Origin: a virus
Strand: one strand, 5' to 3'
Virus record (IMG/VR): IMGVR_UViG_3300009079_000013
Length of the DNA stretch: 64,000 bases
Shown: in pieces, positions 63,808-64,000 of the stretch
Position numbering within the stretch: position 1 is the first letter of the stretch
How the letters are laid out: each line of letters starts with the position of its first letter
The notes under the pieces: generated by a model
The model's database searches: none
What the model was told of the DNA's origin: nothing
Seen by the model: the letters and a program-made list of their open reading frames with translations, nothing else
Made by a program: the position numbers and the translations under genes

Positions 63808-64000
63808 ATGAAAGTATATTCAAAAGACACGTTCGCAGAGTCATACAGACAACTATTAGCCGATTTAATGGGACCTAATGGTAAAAAAAGTGATCCTAGA
63901 TCAACATCAACTAAAGAAATAATAGATGTATGTTTAGAAATAAAGAATCCAATAGATTGTCTTTATTCTAACAAAATAAGGTCTTCCCAGAAGAAATATA
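63808..64000 (+). CDS. Thymidylate synthase / dNMP hydroxymethylase family protein, 3'-truncated
   Basis: MKVYSKDTFAESYRQLLADLM..DPRSTSTKEI..LEIKNP..RSSQKKY resembles TS-family N-termini; only 64 codons visible. Confidence 0.55.
   Translation, partial: MKVYSKDTFAESYRQLLADLMGPNGKKSDPRSTSTKEIIDVCLEIKNPIDCLYSNKIRSSQKKY

Overview
AT-rich, gene-dense 64 kb segment of a T4-like jumbo myophage, standard genetic code. The host is probably Bacteroidota (inferred from almost no Shine-Dalgarno sites, A-rich leaders and an Hc1-like gene). Left (1-28 kb): end of a Gly-X-Y collagen-like gene, a propeller-TPR-FkbM fusion, then a mostly minus-strand virion block (tube-like, gp15-like, gp14-like, fibre/baseplate proteins) containing a CCA-adding enzyme, followed by gp55 late sigma and a RuvC-like nuclease. 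Right (32-64 kb): GroEL, GroES, ribosomal S1-like, NrdAB, Hc1-like, gp32, RNase H, IMPDH/GMPR, ClpP-like, tail sheath, gp56-like dCTP/dUTPase, only the N-terminal half of a family-B DNA polymerase, UvsX, gp41, gp47/46, thermonuclease and the start of a thymidylate-synthase-family gene. The best unannotated signal is a ~420-nt ORF-free, multi-stem RNA (49663-50084) with its own promoter, boxA-like leader and terminator. Also notable: a recurring AAACY-N15-16-GTATAAT promoter, an orphan copy of it at a candidate R-loop origin, the split polymerase, a shared putative head-targeting motif, and TAG stops concentrated in the structural block. All protein calls are by-eye motif recognition; no searches were run.
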